Assembly (NCBI GenBank): GCA_030039755.1
Contig: JASHUY010000025.1
Coordinates: 5,158 to 69,157, forward strand
Direction: 5' to 3'
From: Acidimicrobiales bacterium
GTDB lineage: Bacteria; Actinomycetota; Acidimicrobiia; Acidimicrobiales; RAAP-2
DNA length: 64,000 bases
Below, in pieces: positions 62,715 through 64,000 of the stretch. How positions within the stretch are numbered: position 1 is the stretch's first letter; each line of letters begins with the position of its first letter. A program made the position numbers and the translations under genes. The notes under the pieces were generated by a model. That model did no database searches. It was not told the origin of the DNA and saw only the letters and a program-made list of their open reading frames with translations.

Positions 62715-62811
62715 CCAGATGGGCCACCTCCAATACCCTGCCCTTCTCCGAGTTGGCGAATGTCGGCGGCGGCGGCCGGCCAGATGCTGACACGGCGTGA
62801 CGCCGCCGGGC

Positions 62812-63216
62812 TCATCGCACAGGACGCGGAGGCCTCAAGATTCCCAGTTCACGCACCTCCGCGACGTCGGCGGTTACCTCGTCGCGATTGAGGCCAAGCT
62901 GCTCTTCCAGTTCGTCGGGGGTCAGCTCCTCCCCGTCGCGGTGGTCGGCGATGCGCTCGCGCATACGTTGTGCGATCACAATGTCTTCGAGGTACGGGGC
63001 CAGAAGCTCCAAGAGGGCGGACGGGAGGATCGCTCCGACGGGCCGTCGGTGGGGACCAAAGAAGACGATCTCCGTGCAACCCTCTTCGGCGACTCGCCGG
63101 GCGACGCCAGGAAGGGCCTCACGTGCCTCCGTGGTCGAGAGGACCCGGCTAGGAACGAAGCTGTTTGCCGTGACGCCGACGAGAAGGAGAGCAAGCGTTC
63201 TCGCGGCTACTCGACG
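62812..63216 (-). pseudogene. Phd/YefM-family antitoxin-like ORF lacking a canonical start for its N-terminal domain
   Basis: The open frame from the upstream stop (tca 63217-63219) reads ...VLSTTEAREALPGVARRVAEEGCTEIVFFGPHRRPVGAILPSALLELLAPYLEDIVIAQRMRERIADHRDGEELTPDELEEQLGL... This is a Phd/YefM fold with an acidic tail. The first ATG, GTG or TTG is the TTG at 63012, which lies after the conserved domain. Confidence 0.45.
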
Positions 63217-63263
63217 TCACGACCAGTCGGGAGCTTCGGCGACAGCTGGTCATCTTCTTCCAA

Positions 63264-63755
63264 GTGGCAGCTGAAGAAGCCGAACACCAGGGGGCGGCTG
63301 GTGAGCTCCCCGATGACGAGCGGAAACTGTGGGAGTCGGTAGGCGCAGACTTCTCTGATTCCGACGCCGTTCCACGTTCCCGGGCTCGATCGGTGGCTGC
63401 GTTCGCGGACCTGATGGCTCGGAGCATCCGTGGAGACGCTGCGCTGGCCAAGTTCCTTGGCGTGAACCGGAGCCGAGTCAGCCAGAGGATCTCCGAGCGC
63501 AGCCTGTACTCGTTCGCAGGAATAGGTGGGGACCGGTTCTATCCCAAGTGGCAATTCGCGGATCGAAAGCCTCTGCCCGGCCTGCGTGCGGTATTCGCGG
63601 CCCTGGCGCCGAAGATTCATCCGCTTGTCGTCGACCACTGGGTGTGCACGCCCAGCGCGGACCTCGTTGTCGACGGGGAGAACCTGACTCCGATTCTCTG
63701 GCTTCAGACGGGTGGCGACCCGGATCGCCTCCTCGAGCTGCTCCCAGAATCTTGA
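63264..63755 (+). CDS. Xre/MbcA/ParS-like antitoxin (HTH plus DUF2384-type toxin-binding domain)
   Basis: LAKFLGVNRSRVSQRISERS is an HTH. FYPKWQF...HPLVVDHWVCTPSADLVVDGENLTPILWLQTGGDPDRLLELL resembles the C-terminal toxin-binding domain that pairs with RES toxins. Confidence 0.6.
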   Translation: MAAEEAEHQGAAGELPDDERKLWESVGADFSDSDAVPRSRARSVAAFADLMARSIRGDAALAKFLGVNRSRVSQRISERSLYSFAGIGGDRFYPKWQFADRKPLPGLRAVFAALAPKIHPLVVDHWVCTPSADLVVDGENLTPILWLQTGGDPDRLLELLPES

Positions 63756-64000
63756 GCGAGGCTCTTCCGAGCCCTCAGCTTTCGCGCATCCGAGCGACGG
63801 TTCCCTCCGGCCGGGAGGTCCTGGTAGTACCTGCCGGTACGAACGTGGTTCGTGTGCATTCGCTGGCAGGTGCTCATCCGTTGAAGTGGAACCAGATGCG
63901 GTGGTGGGGTCCCACGAAGAGCCGTTTCGATCATCACACTCCGCCGCCACGGACCCAACGGCGAGCGATCGCCTATGTTGCGTTCGGAGGCAAGGCTGCT
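63752..64000 (+). CDS. RES-domain toxin, partial (continues beyond window end)
   Basis: Hand translation from TTG 63752, which overlaps the antitoxin stop as TTGA, stays open to nt 64000. The sequence is ...VLVVPAGTNVVRVHSLAGAHPLKWNQMRWWGPTKSRFDHHTPPPRTQRRAIAYVAFGGKAA. This fits the RES N-terminal pattern (l.R.....p........RF.....lYla). The exact start is uncertain. Confidence 0.5.
   Translation, partial: MSEALPSPQLSRIRATVPSGREVLVVPAGTNVVRVHSLAGAHPLKWNQMRWWGPTKSRFDHHTPPPRTQRRAIAYVAFGGKAA

Noticed and set aside
63207-63950. A 247-aa minus-strand ORF.
   Set aside because: It lies antisense to the Xre-like antitoxin and RES toxin frames, both of which carry recognisable domain text. Its own translation has no motifs.

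Overview
This is a high-GC, actinobacterial-type chromosomal segment. The lineage call rests on a mycothiol-type formaldehyde dehydrogenase, F420/LLM oxidoreductases, PimB'-like and DprE2-like genes, the GlgE alpha-glucan pathway, and frequent GTG starts with 4-nt start/stop overlaps. Gene families were recognised by eye from motifs; no searches were run.

Gene content from left to right:
- ~1-10.3 kb: a run of secreted or surface proteins. These include a Tat-exported phospholipase C, a YVTN beta-propeller, an Ig-like plus phage-tail-lysozyme-like protein, and a Cys-pair repeat protein.
- An aquaporin, zwf, and a Mo-oxidoreductase/cytochrome b pair.
- 18.5-29.9 kb: a five-gene, translationally coupled alpha-glucan operon, glgE / treS-mak fusion / malQ / glgB / glgX.
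- An Fe3+-type ABC importer.
- An IS110-family insertion.
- uppP, a PimB'-like glycosyltransferase, a ROK glucokinase and glpK.
- A class II ribonucleotide reductase (nrdJ) interrupted by three LAGLIDADG inteins.
- A lower-GC toxin-antitoxin islet at the right edge.

Most unusual observations:
- 29889-30572: a 227-aa single-chain protein built from about four CsrA/RsmA-like modules. Its 3' end lies 19 nt from the end of the glucan operon, on the opposite strand.
- The triple-intein nrdJ; one of the inteins ends in Arg-Asn instead of His-Asn.
- An RHH antitoxin-like gene with a leaderless-type promoter, paired with an unassignable 181-aa protein.
- A Phd/YefM-like ORF with no usable start codon.
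- Several short tandem duplications that sit exactly on gene 3' ends.

Most long ORFs in the track are antisense or out-of-frame shadows typical of high-GC DNA and were not called.
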